Below are positions 1-13,519 of a DNA stretch of 64,000 nt, one piece after another. Made by a program: the position numbers and the translations under genes. The notes beneath the pieces were generated by a model. That model searched no databases. It was given only the letters and a program-made list of their open reading frames with translations, and was not told the DNA's origin. Location: assembly GCF_009914755.1 (NCBI RefSeq), contig NC_060947.1, one strand, 5' to 3'. Source of the stretch: the human T2T-CHM13v2.0 reference genome, Homo sapiens. Every line of letters starts with the position of its first letter. Within the stretch, counting starts at the first letter, position 1.

Positions 1-177
1 TGTACTTTACTTTCTTTCGTTTCTGCTCTAAAGCTTTTTAATAAACTTTCACTCCTGCTCTAGAACTTGCCTTGATCTCTCTCTCGCTCTGCCTTATGCT
101 TCTCAATCTAATTCTTTCTTCTGAGGAGTCAAGAATTAAGGTTGCTGCAGACCCATACGGATTTGCTGTCAGTAACA
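1..177 (+). mobile_element. 3' end of an ERV1-type (MER4-group-like) LTR
   Basis: AATAAACTTTCACTCCTGCTC...TTCTGAGGAGTCAAGAATTAAGGTTGCTGCAGACCCATACGGATTTG...GTAACA: LTR poly(A) signal and terminal CA. Confidence 0.65.
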
Positions 178-314
178 CAGGGACTCAGTTTTTATTCAAC
201 ACCAAAAAATAGGAAGACAAAAATGGGGGCATAGTAAACAAATGTGATGTGTAGACCTTGTAGGATACTGATTCAAACAAAACTTATAAGAACAAGATGA
301 AAAAATAGGAAGTT

Positions 315-560
315 AATGGAGAAAGAGGAGGCTGGGAGAGGAAGGGAGAGAAGAAGAAAAACTACAAATATAAAGCAGAAGCAGAAACAGGAGGGAAGGG
401 GGAGGAGGAAGACAGAAGAAGAATGAGGAGGATGAGGCAGAGGAAGAAGAGAAGAAGAAATGGGAGTAAATAAAGAAGAATAAAAAGAAGGGTGAGAAGG
501 AGGAGGAAAAGAAGGAAAAAGAGGGGAAGGAGGAAGAGGAGGGCGTGGAGGAGAAGAACA
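315..560. repeat. GA-rich low-complexity tract
   Basis: Degenerate GAA/GGA/GAG runs. Confidence 0.9.
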
Positions 561-1129
561 TTTATAGTAAATTTGAAAAATTACCTCAACGGAAGAATCT
601 TGACCTTTTAAATCTATGTCCATCCATACTGCAATATTTCATATTTTAATTTTTGAAATATGATTGTGAGATGTGCCTCAAAGTAAACTGGGGATAATGG
701 GTATGGGAATTGGATGTGGGGGTGGTTAGGAGATTAAAGTCTGCATAGGATACTAACTTTCAGAGATATGTGACAGTGCCTTGGAAGTTCATTTTGTATT
801 TGTCTTTTTTCACAATGAAAAGTTCCAAAATAATGGCATCATCCCATTGGAATAGAATGCAATATTTGATTTCAGTGATAGTTGAGACATCGCATGACTC
901 AGCTGTCTATATATGCATTATATTTCATTTCCTAGGTGTCTTGTTAGAAATTCTAAAGTTAAGACAGACATGCATGAATTGTATCAGTCATGAAGAACAC
1001 CTGGACAAAGGGAAGACCCATGGACCCTGGCATGAACTGTCAACAATGAAAGTATTACCTAACAATGAAATCACTGTCTACAGATTTGATTTTGCCAAGG
1101 AAGTGGATGAACTATAATAGTGTGCAAAA

Positions 1130-1512
1130 CCACAAGCTCTGGGGCCAGAATGCCCGAGTTCTGATTTTGCCTCTAGGCAGCTACACAGTGTCCTCACTTC
1201 TATGAAAACTGTTTCCCCATATGCTAAAAAATAGTTGATGAAGCTTAAATGAAAAATGTATACAAATGTTCTTAGTACAGTGCTTGGCACATAACATAAT
1301 CTCAATAAATCAGTAATATTAAGAGTAACATTACGTGAATAGCCAATTATACCTCCTAATGATGTTTTGTAATTATCCTAATTATCGGAAAAAATTCTAT
1401 TGCATCTTCCTGAAACTGGAGTCTATGCAATTGAAGGGAAATTTCTTAATCTTTCTATACCACAGTTTTTGCATCTCTAAAAAAAGCAACTTATAATTGT
1501 ACCTACCTCAGA

Positions 1513-1543
<31 letters not shown>

Positions 1544-1610
1544 GAAGACAAAAAGCTGGCAAAGTACCTAGAACAGTCTGGCACATCCTAAGCCCGGAAT
1601 AAATTGTAAC
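1130..1610 (+). mobile_element. Two degraded MIR SINE fragments (~1130-1310, ~1450-1610)
   Basis: MIR 3' motifs CTTAGTACAGTGCTTGGCACATAA...CTCAATAAAT and CCTAGAACAGTCTGGCACAT; core CAGTTTTTGCATCTCTAAAA...ACCTACCTCAGAGG. Confidence 0.6.
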
Positions 1611-1959
1611 TGTGATTGGAGGAATAATAATAATTACTCTTATTACTGGCCAACATCACAAAATTATCCCATGACCCAAAAAGTCATGCCTTTGTGATAT
1701 TATGAACACTTCTAACCTAAAGGCATTTTATCCTCTGCTGTGTCCTCTTCCTAACTAGCAATGTGCTAATTACTCAGGGTTAATGTGCTGATGCTTCAGG
1801 GAATGGTTGGAAAGGCACCCTAACGTGTTCCTACTTCTTAACTCCATCTCAATTTTTACATCGTTAATTCTTTGGGTAACCCACCCAACCCCCCACACCC
1901 ACACACTTTCCCACGCCTTGCACCTGCTCTGAATCAATTTTATATTTAACAATTGTCTT

Positions 1960-2395
1960 AAAACTGGTTCCCTAGAAACAGACTCAGCGACAGAGGGTTG
2001 TGTGCAGAAAGCTTTCTGGAGAGTGTTTTTGGGAAATACAAGTGCAACTAAAAAAGAAAGAAAGTCAGATTGGACTGAAGGAGAAGCTGTCCTGCAATAT
2101 GGTTGCAACAGAGACATCAGCCCACCTGTGAGGGAGCTCTGGAGTTAGGATGGTGCATCAGAATTTTCTTAAATTGAAGTTAAGTGGCCAATGGCTTCAA
2201 ACCCCACACCAATCAATAACTGGCCAAGGTCCATCAAGTGAGGATTTTCTAAGCTTAGGGAAGGCTGCAGTTTAACGCATTTCCCAGAAAAGGAGGAATC
2301 TGGGAGCATTCAGTGGCAGAAATTTCCAGAAGATGGAGAATGAATGTGTCACTCTGAAGAGGCAATCAGTTAGCATCTCCCCAGTTCCCACCACA
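1960..2395. mobile_element. Old ERVL LTR (LTR16-like)
   Basis: GATTGGACTGAAGGAGAAGCTG...TTGCAACAGAGACATCAGCCCACCTGTGAGGGAGCTCTGGAGTTAGGATGG resembles LTR16. Confidence 0.55.
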
Positions 2396-2997
2396 GCATC
2401 CATAAAACATAAATCCTACACTTCAGATTCTCCCAAGTCTTTGTGATTTTTTTTTAAGTAAACATCATGGGCCATATTCACTGGCTACCATTCAATGCCT
2501 ACTTAAAGGGTATTCTGGAGGCCACACGGATCCTGTGTAAGATAGGAAGTCCAAAGGAATATTAATGAAAGCAAGAAATAAAAAGAGCTAAGGGAGTGAT
2601 TTTTCAAGTTAATAAGCTTTGTCATCTAGATTAAGTTAATTGTTACCTCTTCTCCCTGATTTATCTAAGTCTGATATGACCCTGGTTTTTCTTTCCTTAC
2701 CTTTCATCAGGAAAAATTTCAACCGTGTACTGTCTCTTCCTCTCCATCACACTCCAGTCGTTATTGACCTGGAAGGAAAAGACAAAGTTGATTATGAAAA
2801 CACTAAAAAAAAAATGGATCTTACCATAATTATATATAAATTATAATATACTATCCTATGTTTCCAGACTCATAATTCCATAGCTATCTTCTAGCATGAA
2901 GCTGTTCAAAATAGTGACAATGTACATTTTTAAATGCTTATTATTAATGTTATTTCATCTCATAAGCAAACAAACATTGTCAAAAAATCTACAAAGC

Positions 2998-3208
2998 TAG
3001 CCTGGACAACATAGCAAGACACTGTATCCACAATAATAACAATAACAGTGTATCTATAGTACCCATAGTACCAGCTACTCCAGAGACTAAGGCCAGAAAG
3101 GATCGCTTGAGCCCAGGAGGTCGAGCCTGCAGTGAACCGTGACTGCACCACTGCACTCCAGCCTGCGACATAGAGCAAGAGACCCTGTCTCTTAAAAAAA
3201 AAAAAAAA
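2998..3208 (+). mobile_element. 5'-truncated old Alu (AluJ-like)
   Basis: GGATCGCTTGAGCCCAGGAGGTCGAG...GCACTCCAGCCTG...GACCCTGTCTC plus poly(A). Confidence 0.85.
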
Positions 3209-4136
3209 TCTGCAAAGCACCAAAAATCCCAAAGAATAAAATAACCTTTCTTTACTGCTTAGAGATAACTGCTCTTAACATTTTGTTTTATATACCACCA
3301 GTTGTTCTCTGTGGGTTGAAATACGTATTATACTGATTTTAAAAATATTTATATATTCCACACATTTTTTAAATGTGTTCTTTCAATTGATGAATAATAG
3401 CAACAATCAGTATTGTCAAAGTAATAGATGAAATATATAGATAGATTATAAATAATTTATCCAGTCCTCTATTGCTAGATATTAAGGAGGTTGAAGTATT
3501 CTCTTTAGAAACCATATGGTAGTAAATGACCTTATTGAAAACCTGAAATATCCCCATCATTTACTGAAGAAAATTCCTTAAAATTGAATATATTGCCTAT
3601 TGTTTTAAGGAGAAAATTTTGTTGCGCTCTCTTCCAGAAAAGACAAATAAATGAAAATGCAATGTAGCAAACCTCATCAAACCTGAATTGGGATAAATAC
3701 CTTCAGTTTCCAAGTCTCAGGAAAATAGATGTACAATCTTAAAAAGTTCAGCATATTAACAAAGGCATCGTTTTAATTTATTTGAATGAAAGCAAATATA
3801 TTATTTTAACTTCTTTTATTATTTCATGGAAGTTTAGAGAAAATTAATATGTAAAAATGGTTTTAAGACATTCACACTCTAATTTTCCTGAGAACATTTA
3901 AAAGGTTACTTACTTAAAAGACCACTTACTATGTATGAGTTTGTCTGTAATAGGAAATTAACTACTCATGCAATTAAGTCCTCTGCTTCGAGTTCTGAGT
4001 CTGACTTTGAAGTGCTAATAAGACAAAATTACTGAAATCCAGGAAAGAAATTAAGACATGTAAAATGTTAATTAAATTCAGAAACAGAACTAATAGGAAA
4101 ACCAATGTGAAATGGAAATTTAAAAAAAGGCATATG

Positions 4137-4139
<3 letters not shown>

Positions 4140-4177
<38 letters not shown>

Positions 4178-4186
4178 AGAGAGAGA
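4140..4186. repeat. (CA)n(GA)n compound microsatellite
   Basis: Direct reading. Confidence 0.95.
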
Positions 4187-5585
4187 AAAGAATTCAGATG
4201 AAGTACAGAATTTTAAAAAAGATTTTTAAAATTGCTTCAAGTGATTTTGTCCACGTTTAGTAAATTCCATGATGGTGTCTGAGAAAGTAAATAAGCATCC
4301 AATTACAATAATTTTGTGGATTCTTCCTTCACAAAACTAAAGTCCCATAATCACATCCAGTTAAACGGAACATGAACGTATTGTGAGATGTTATTTATTG
4401 AAGTGCGTTTTTTAGATGGAACTCATTGGCTTGAATAATTGATCCTAAGCTTCCGTCCAAAGAACGAGTCATGACTCTAGTTAAACAAAAGCTACATAGA
4501 TAGGTAAAGTCTACTGCGATATCTTCTCAGGGAAATCTGACCCATGATAATAGTTCCATACATTTTCCTGGCAATTTAGATTTTGACAAAAATTCAGTGG
4601 ACTACGGGTCCTTTGAAAAGGGAAGTTGAATAAGTGGCATCTCACAACACGTTGATTTTCCATTTCAAGTGGGTGTGATTAGGGAACTTTAGTTTTGTGA
4701 AGAAAGCATCCAGGAATTTATCATAATTGGATGCGTATTTATGTTCTCAGACACCATTATGAAATGTATTAGAAGTGGGCAAAATCACTTAAGCGATTTT
4801 ATAGAACTATTTTAAAATGTCTCCTTCTTTCAAATTAGCACTGTGCTTGCAATGAAGTGGTACTTACTCAGCGTTCTCTACGTAATCGTGGGTTATCATG
4901 CTTTCCCCTTCTAAACAAAATCAATTTTTGATTTAAGGCTGTTGTTTTGTTATTAGTGCTTTTAGTACATGGTGAACAGGAAGAAACTGGACATCAAGCC
5001 AATTTGGACATAACCAAAAGTGTAATTTTTGTTATTTGTTCTTTTCTTCAGGGACATCAATATTTGTATGACGTAACTTACTTGTCTCTTTTCAAATATT
5101 TGTGTTCTCAGTTTTTTATGCCATTTTAAAAATTTTTTCTCTCCTTTTTCTTTGGGACTCTAACAACATGTGTATTAAACAATGTGTTATTCCTCAACAG
5201 GTACTGGTATTGTAAAGGTACCTAGTACTAGGAATAGATTAATGAGATTGATGGATCTGGATCCAAGACAGTATTGAAGATAAAAAATGAGATTTGGAGA
5301 CTAAATGCATAGAGACCAACTCCCTATTGATGTCGAGCTGATGAGGTGAGTATCTGAACCCAAACCCTTTTCCCTTATTTGTGAAATACTAGATATGTAG
5401 GTAGACAGATAGATAGATAATATGAATAGATAGATAATAGGATGATAGATTTATACACATGTATTATAGCACTGGGGTATCTATAGATATATATAGATAT
5501 ATAAATATAGCTATGGATATAAATAGCAAATAAATTTGTGTATATAAATCAATGAATATATGTGCATGTATGAGTATATATTAAT

Positions 5586-5596
5586 ATGTGTGTGTG

Positions 5597-5653
<57 letters not shown>
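5586..5653. repeat. (TG)n(TA)n(GA)n compound microsatellite
   Basis: Direct reading. Confidence 0.95.
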
Positions 5654-5658
<5 letters not shown>

Positions 5659-8600
5659 AGCCATGAAATTTAATATAGCCACCCACTACATCATGATGTA
5701 TTTCCACAGGAAGGTATAAATATATAATTCCTTTTTCATTCTAAAGTTGTATATATTCCTCTTCCTATTGAATTTGTTCCATTTTTATATTAATTTTATA
5801 GAAACAACAGGGTTTTTTACCAAATTAAGAGTTAAGCACATCTGCAGAAATTATATTCTAGAACTGGTATATGATTTCCTAGTGAAATATTTGGAGTCCA
5901 TGCAATTAGCCCTGACACAGAAAAATATTGTAGATTGCAGGCATTTTCTGTCTATCCGTAATAATGGACCCATCTGGAGACACATATTGAAGGGGAACAA
6001 ATAATATCAGCTCATTGACAACTGTCTCTATTCAGAGGGGGCCGTGATAGAGTTAGGGGCATGTGGTACGTAATGCTTTCTACATTGCGTTGCCCAAAAC
6101 ACTCATTTCAGGAGCTGCTCTGAGGGAGAGAGGCAGGAGGAGGCATAGGGATCTCATAAGATTTATAGATTTGCGTTATACATGAGATTATTGAAATCCC
6201 TGAAATATACTTCAGGGAAGACTCTTTTTCTCCTTTGTTTTCTCTGTATTTACTAATTGATTTACTTTGATGTGGAATTTCCCACGCACTATGAAGCATA
6301 GACATATCTGTTTGAAAAATACACAGTTAGGAAATTAAAAACGTGAGAACTGTGAGTAAAAACATAACACAATTCTTGTTCTCAGCTTTCTCATGCGTAT
6401 ATTAACTGGGTTGAATAAAATACTTTCTAAGATTCCTTTTATAGTTGAAGATTTCTATCTTATGACAATAATTACCTGACTTGACTGTAATTATTTTTTA
6501 TGCTACAATACAACATAGACTTTTCTCCCACATGTTTATTTTCCAATGGGAAGATACACTTTTAATAATAAGACATGGTAGCTGAAAATATACACATATT
6601 TTCTTTCTTTCACACAACCACTCTTTTCCCCAATTCAGTAAGAGCACAATGAAATGTGATTTTTAGAAAATATTCAGTTTCATGTATAAATCTATTTATT
6701 AATGCTGATTTTATCGGCTGAAATTTATATCATGAACACATGAAAATAGGGGTCTTGGACTATACATGACATTGAAATTTCACATCCTTTTGGAACTTGC
6801 CAAGAGAGTATTGTCTATCATCTCCAATTTGTTTCTATGCTGGGGAAAAAAAAGTGCTGAGAAAATGAGACAATGTAACTAGCTGTTGGATGTGTAGGAG
6901 GCACGTGAAATGGGAAAGGTGGCATTTTTCTGTCTTCATTTATAACATTTCTTGTCATCCTCATGCAAGGTTAGTTATTTCTAAATATCTGACCTCAAAA
7001 ATGTAAGTCAGCTGTCACAAAATTATGCAATGGTGCTCAATTTCAAAGTCACTTTTAAGTGGAAGAAATGGTTGAAGTTAGACAAGCTTCTTACAAAAAT
7101 GCATGAAACAGTTCATTATGCCAAGTTATTTATTCCACTGCATGCAACATTGATTTAGGTTGGTGACAACAGTGATTGAATAATCGCCAGCCAGACTCCA
7201 GAACATTATAACAAAAAAATTCCAGTGTTTCTGAATGGTTTGGGCAAATGTTTAAGGAACTGTGTTAGAGGCAGCTATCTGTTGCAGGACAACATTATTA
7301 TCACCGGTCTGTAAGCAAGTACTGTATTGTCCAACGTAACAAGGTTGGTAACCAAATGACAAAGTGATATGGGATGGCTTGCACCAAATTATAGTAGGAG
7401 GGTCTGTGTAGCATAGGTTTATAGCCCAATGTAGCAGAAGATGTGTAATAAACCACTCATGTTCTGTCTTGAAGGTCATGTAAAGAAAATTTCCAGCAGG
7501 CAGAAGAAATGGAATTTTCTAGAATTATCAAGAGTTCCTAATTGGATCCTTTACCTGTTTAAAGGCATCAAGAGGAATCAGTTTCACATTTGGGATCTTC
7601 TGTTGACTCTAAGTAACTTTGACAAATTCATTAAGCTTTAGGGTTCTCATTATCATCACTATAATTTGCCAGTTCCTTCATCAAACTTAATTCTGCCTTA
7701 TGTCAGGGGAATCTTAAAGAGCCACGTTACTTAGATTGTACTGTTTTCTGGGACATTCAGGTGGAAGACACTGAGTCTCAGAAGTGTTATTTGATGAAGG
7801 CAGACTTCATATTCCAAGGCTGGCCTTGTGACTTGAGTTCTACACTCTTCGCAAACCTCAATCTGCTTCCAGTTTTCCATACTTGGGTACAAATTGGTGC
7901 CCTTCTCTTATAGATATCCACTTTCTAGATACCTTACATCATGATATCATGTTCAAATGCACGGAACTGTACTCCTTTAAGCCAGTGCCACTGTCTTGGT
8001 CATTTCTGTCTCCCATATCTGACTCAGAACAGTTGACTCAACGGTTAAGCCCATGCCACTGTGATCACTCTTTATCCATCTGTCTCTCAGTACTTAAGTG
8101 TAATGTTTTATCCTTGTCTAACAGTAAACACTTTATCTTCCAACTCACACAAGAAGATGCATGTGGAAGATCCAATAATTTGTCCTAATTTTTCACTTTT
8201 CTGCAAATAATAATATATTCTCTCATTGCTAAGCATTTCTCTCCTCTTGACTTTGACCATACGATTGTGTTTGGTCAATAGAAGATGAGTCCATAAAATG
8301 TGAGTGGAGGATTAACATGTGCCTGCACTGGTAGGTTTACCTTCACCTCCAGTGACATGCCATGGCCCCTGTTGTCTGTGCTTCAGAAGAAATAGAGATG
8401 AAACATGCTTGACACAAACTGTAGCTTTGACCCCAACCACAGGCGGAAGTACAGTGGCCCAGACTAGCCCCTTTAGAAGACTACCCTATTTAAAACTCAG
8501 AACTGAAGTCCCATGGCAGGAAAGTTGCTAAAGTGGCAAACAGAGCAGTCACTAATGATACACATTTTCAAGGCATGACGTTTTCTCTTCTGAGTACCTT

Positions 8601-9820
8601 GTAGAGAGACTATCAAACTTCTCTTTGCCCAAATAGTTAGCCACTTCAAAGCAGGAAAACACAGTGGTGGAACCAGAATTCATCACTATGTTTCCAAGAT
8701 ACATTAGGAAAATTAATGAATGTGTAATCCATATGACATCTCTTTAGCTCTTAAACATGTATTGACCATTATGACTTTGGTTTTTATCAATATCAGTCAT
8801 AAGAAAGAAGAAAAGTCTTATGTATTCATTCTAATGCAGTTAAAGATACAAGAAGCTCATCTAAGTGGAATATTTTCATGACTTCATGACTGTTGTTGTC
8901 AGCTATCATCATACTGATGTTACTTCTTCCTCCATTGTTTGAAAGCTGTTGTTTTTAAGGTTCTAAAAAAGGACAACATTTATATAAGAGCTAGGCTTTA
9001 ACATTATCTGAGAAAACAAGTTATAGATACCACAGTCTCTTTCCTCATTTCCCTGGTTGAATCCAAGTAACTGTTGTTAAGAAAAACACCAGCTTCTTCC
9101 TGAACTCTCTCCTCTATGCAAGTCTATTTTTAATTTTGCAGAGATTTCCAGTCAATGACTCAATTCTTTAACTTTACTTTGGAAGGCAAGATCTGTCAAT
9201 ATTAGATATCAAACCAAGATAATTTTAAATACTTAAGAGGAGTCTCTAAATCACTGCACACTTGAATCAACGAAAACATGCGTTTTAGAATGGCATGTAC
9301 TATTGTGGTTTTAAGAGAAAATGAGAAGGTACATGGGAAAACCGACAAGAGAATGATTTAACTAACTGCATTTTAAGGAAGTTTAGATAACTATATCATG
9401 ACTTCAATAACTATTCTCCTGAGATTGGAAGAAGTCATTTGTCCTGGGAAAAACAAGAGATCGGCGATGTATAATCTTGATTTGATGACCTGCATGGGTA
9501 TAAAAAGCTTCAGCTAGTAGCTGATGTAAAAGACCAAAATTAGCACTCATATCTGGCTGGATTTTCCTTCTACCTGGGCACAGTCAGAGCCGATTGGAAA
9601 CTGGTCTCCAGTGCTTACCTGTCACTTGGTAACAACTGAATAAATGATCAGGGCAGAAGGCAGCCAAGACCATGTGTGGGAGACAAAAGTTATTTTGAAG
9701 AACATCCCTCAGTCCTCAAATAGATTTAAACTAAGCCACAAAGAGGAGGCCGGTGAAGCTACACAAGCTATATAGCTTTATATGGTGTGGCTTCAGTGTA
9801 TGTGTGTGTGCGTGTGTGTG

Positions 9821-10122
9821 TTTTAGGGACGGGATCTGGCACCATTGCCCAGTCTGGAGTCCAGTGCTGCAATCATAGCTCACTGCAGCCTTGACTTGCT
9901 GGGCTCAAACAATCCTCCTGCCTCAGCCTCCTGAGTAGCAAGGAACACAGGCACACACCACCTCACTTGGCTAATTAAAAAAATTTTTTTTTTGTAGAGA
10001 TGGGGTCTTGCTGTGCTGCTCAGGCTAGTCTCAAACTCCTGACTTCAAGACTGCTAAGGGCATCCTCCTGCCTTAGCCTCCCAAAGTGCTGGGGTTATAG
10101 GCATAAGCCACTGCACCCAGCC
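9821..10122 (-). mobile_element. Alu (AluJ-like), with (TG)n in place of the A tail
   Basis: ATCATAGCTCACTGCAGCCTTGAC...CCCAAAGTGCTGGGGTTATAGGCATAAGCCACTGCACCCAGCC. Confidence 0.9.
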
Positions 10123-12259
10123 CAGCTTTAGTTGTTTATGCAACAATTCTGCCTTAGTAAATACTCTTTGATATGCATGATCCACAAGAAATGGAATACT
10201 TTTCATAACAGAACATAGAACAAACCCATTATCCCCGGACAGAATGAAAAATTGAGACTCATAGTTTTGAATTGAGCGTCATGAAATGATCAACGGTTTG
10301 GGTTGTCCAACTGAGAAAGTGTCATTCTCTCTTTTCAGTTCTGTTCAAAGGCAGAGCATATCAGAACTGATTGGCAGAGCCTATTTTACCTATTGTCATT
10401 TTCCAGTGACGAGGCCAAGTCCTACTGACTTTCACCCAAAGCACAATACAGGCTGCACTTTTCAATTATTCAATGTAATTTCTTCTTTGGAAATTAGCCG
10501 CGACGGGAATATCCTTTTCTGTTACTATTTGCTTTTTTAAAGTAAGTTCAGCATAGGGCAGATTGATAAACATGGAGATATTGGCCATTTAAACCCCCAG
10601 GAAGAGATGTGATCCTCTTTTGAATAATTAAAGTGTCTGTGAATATAATGGCTATCAAAGAACAAGGGAAATTTTCTATAAAGAAACAAATATTCGACCA
10701 CTATACAGCCTGGTATGGTAGGCATAAACTGTATGGCCACTATGCACTTGAGTGTGGCAAGTATAAATGAAGAAGCTGACTTTTAATTTGTATTTAATTT
10801 AAACAGATTTGACTTTCAAATAAATAGCCACCTATTGGAGGCATTGCAATACAGTTTTATACATATATGTGTGTGTATGTGTATAGACACAAAAAAACAT
10901 ACACACACATATATCCACATACAACTTATGCACCTGATTTTTTTAAGTAGAAATTTGACACTATTAGTGCTTTATGTTGTATTTTGAAGATTATCTATAA
11001 TTTAGCTGGAACACAGAAGCTAGCTCGGCAGTCGCAAACTAGAAGGTTTGATTTAGTCAAGAGTACCAGCTTACCTGAAAGGGCATCCAGGTGTGGGAGG
11101 TTGGTGACAGTAGAAAACATGGTTTTTCATACTTCTCTGCATCCATGTCCATCCAATATAAATTCCTCCTATCCTATACCTATGTGAAGATTACTGCCCC
11201 ATCCCTTCCATCTGTACCTGTCTGTCACCCAAGACAAATCACATCTGGGTTCATCTTTGATCAAGAAGCCCCCAGTCACCTGCCAGCTGCCTCCAAGGAG
11301 GGAGAGAGCCACTTAGTTGATTTACCCTGGCCAAAGCCTTGGGGCAGCCTGACCTTAACTAGCAGAACCAGACAGCTGAATCCAACCTAATTTGATAGCT
11401 CTGAGAAGGCCAAACTAAATAGGAACAGCTGCTTTTTTAAACTGCAACAGGTGTGGGAACTCCCAACACAGACTGAGGTTTGGCTAGGCAAGTTGGGTCA
11501 AACAAAAGGAATTACATTAGAAAATGTTTGTGTTATAATAGAAATGAAGAACATGCAAAGGTCAATTAGGAACGTTAGAAAAGAGGCTACAGCACGGCAG
11601 AGAAGTCAGTTCGACCACTGTGTCTGGGGAAAATGTCTTTTTCTCCTTCTTCATTTCTGAGCCTGGGAGGCATGGTTTCTAACTACTCCTAAACACAGAG
11701 AGACTTAGACACTATCATTCCCAAGAGATTCTTCTTCAGTAGGATATCCCTAATACCTTTTATCTTAATTCTGCATGCACATTCTCCAATTTATGGAGTG
11801 TAATGTACTATATGCCATCATTGTAAAAATATAATTATCTGAACTTTTTAATATTGGAGGTTACAAAGAACTGAGTATGTTCCTAAGATAGGAATGTTCA
11901 ATAAAACCCACTCAAATAACTTTATGGAGGCCTGAATATGCAGCTATTACAAAATGGGCTGTGAAATTAGTGTCTATCGTGGGAAACCTTAAGTAGCTAT
12001 GGTCTTTTTCTTCTCTGTTGCCAGGTCATATAATGCTGACTACAAATAAAAGGGTTTCCATTATTGTTCACAATGGTTGGACCTTACTTAATGTCATTAA
12101 TACAAATGGTTTCAGAAGATTCATAAGTATGAAATTGTATGTGTGTGCATGCATATGTATATATAATTACATAAGTATAGAATTCACATGTAAATCTACA
12201 TATAAAGCTAGATACTTATTGGCTTGTGTATATATATATACACACACACACACACACCC

Positions 12260-12592
12260 ACAGTTGGCCCTCTGTATCCAGGGATTAAACTAACCTAGGA
12301 TCAAAACTATTTGGAAACAAAACATAAATAATTGCAGATTATTTATGTACAGATCATGTACATACTTTTTGGTCATTATTCCCTAAACAATACAGTATAA
12401 CAACTATTTACATAGCATCTACATTATATGGGTAATATAAGTAATCTGAAGATTATTTAAAGTATACAGGAGGATGTGCATAGGTTATATGAAAATACTA
12501 TGCCTTTTTATTACAGCGACTTGAGCATCCTTGGATTTTGATATCTGCTGGGGTCCTGGAACTAGCATGCTGCAGAAATTGAGAGACAATTA
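12260..12592 (-). mobile_element. MER2 (TcMar-Tigger) DNA transposon MITE
   Basis: CAGTTGGCCCTCTGTATCC terminus; body TTATTCCCTAAACAATACAGTATAACAACTATTTACATAGCAT...GACTTGAGCATCCTTGGATTTTG...GGGTCCTGGAAC. Confidence 0.8.
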
Positions 12593-13274
<682 letters not shown>

Positions 13275-13519
13275 CTATATGTGTACTATACTGCATTTAC
13301 TACATAAATAAATATGTGTATATAAGCATATAAAATATGCATACTTATATTTATAAAATGTACTATTTGAATTTGTATATACTTCTATATTTGTATATTT
13401 ACATAATTATAAATGTACAAAATATATTTTCATATGTCAGAATTATTAGTTAAGTGAATAATTGCCTTCAGTTCTTTTTTAGTAGCCAATCAATTTAAAT
13501 TTTATATCTGGGCTTCTTC

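Noticed and set aside
273-623. Pro/Ser/Phe-rich ORFs
   Set aside because: Translation of a GA-rich low-complexity tract.
1880-1900. Minus-strand G-quadruplex motif GGGTGTGGGGGGTTGGGTGGG
   Set aside because: Motif is real but isolated in intergenic DNA, with no functional context.
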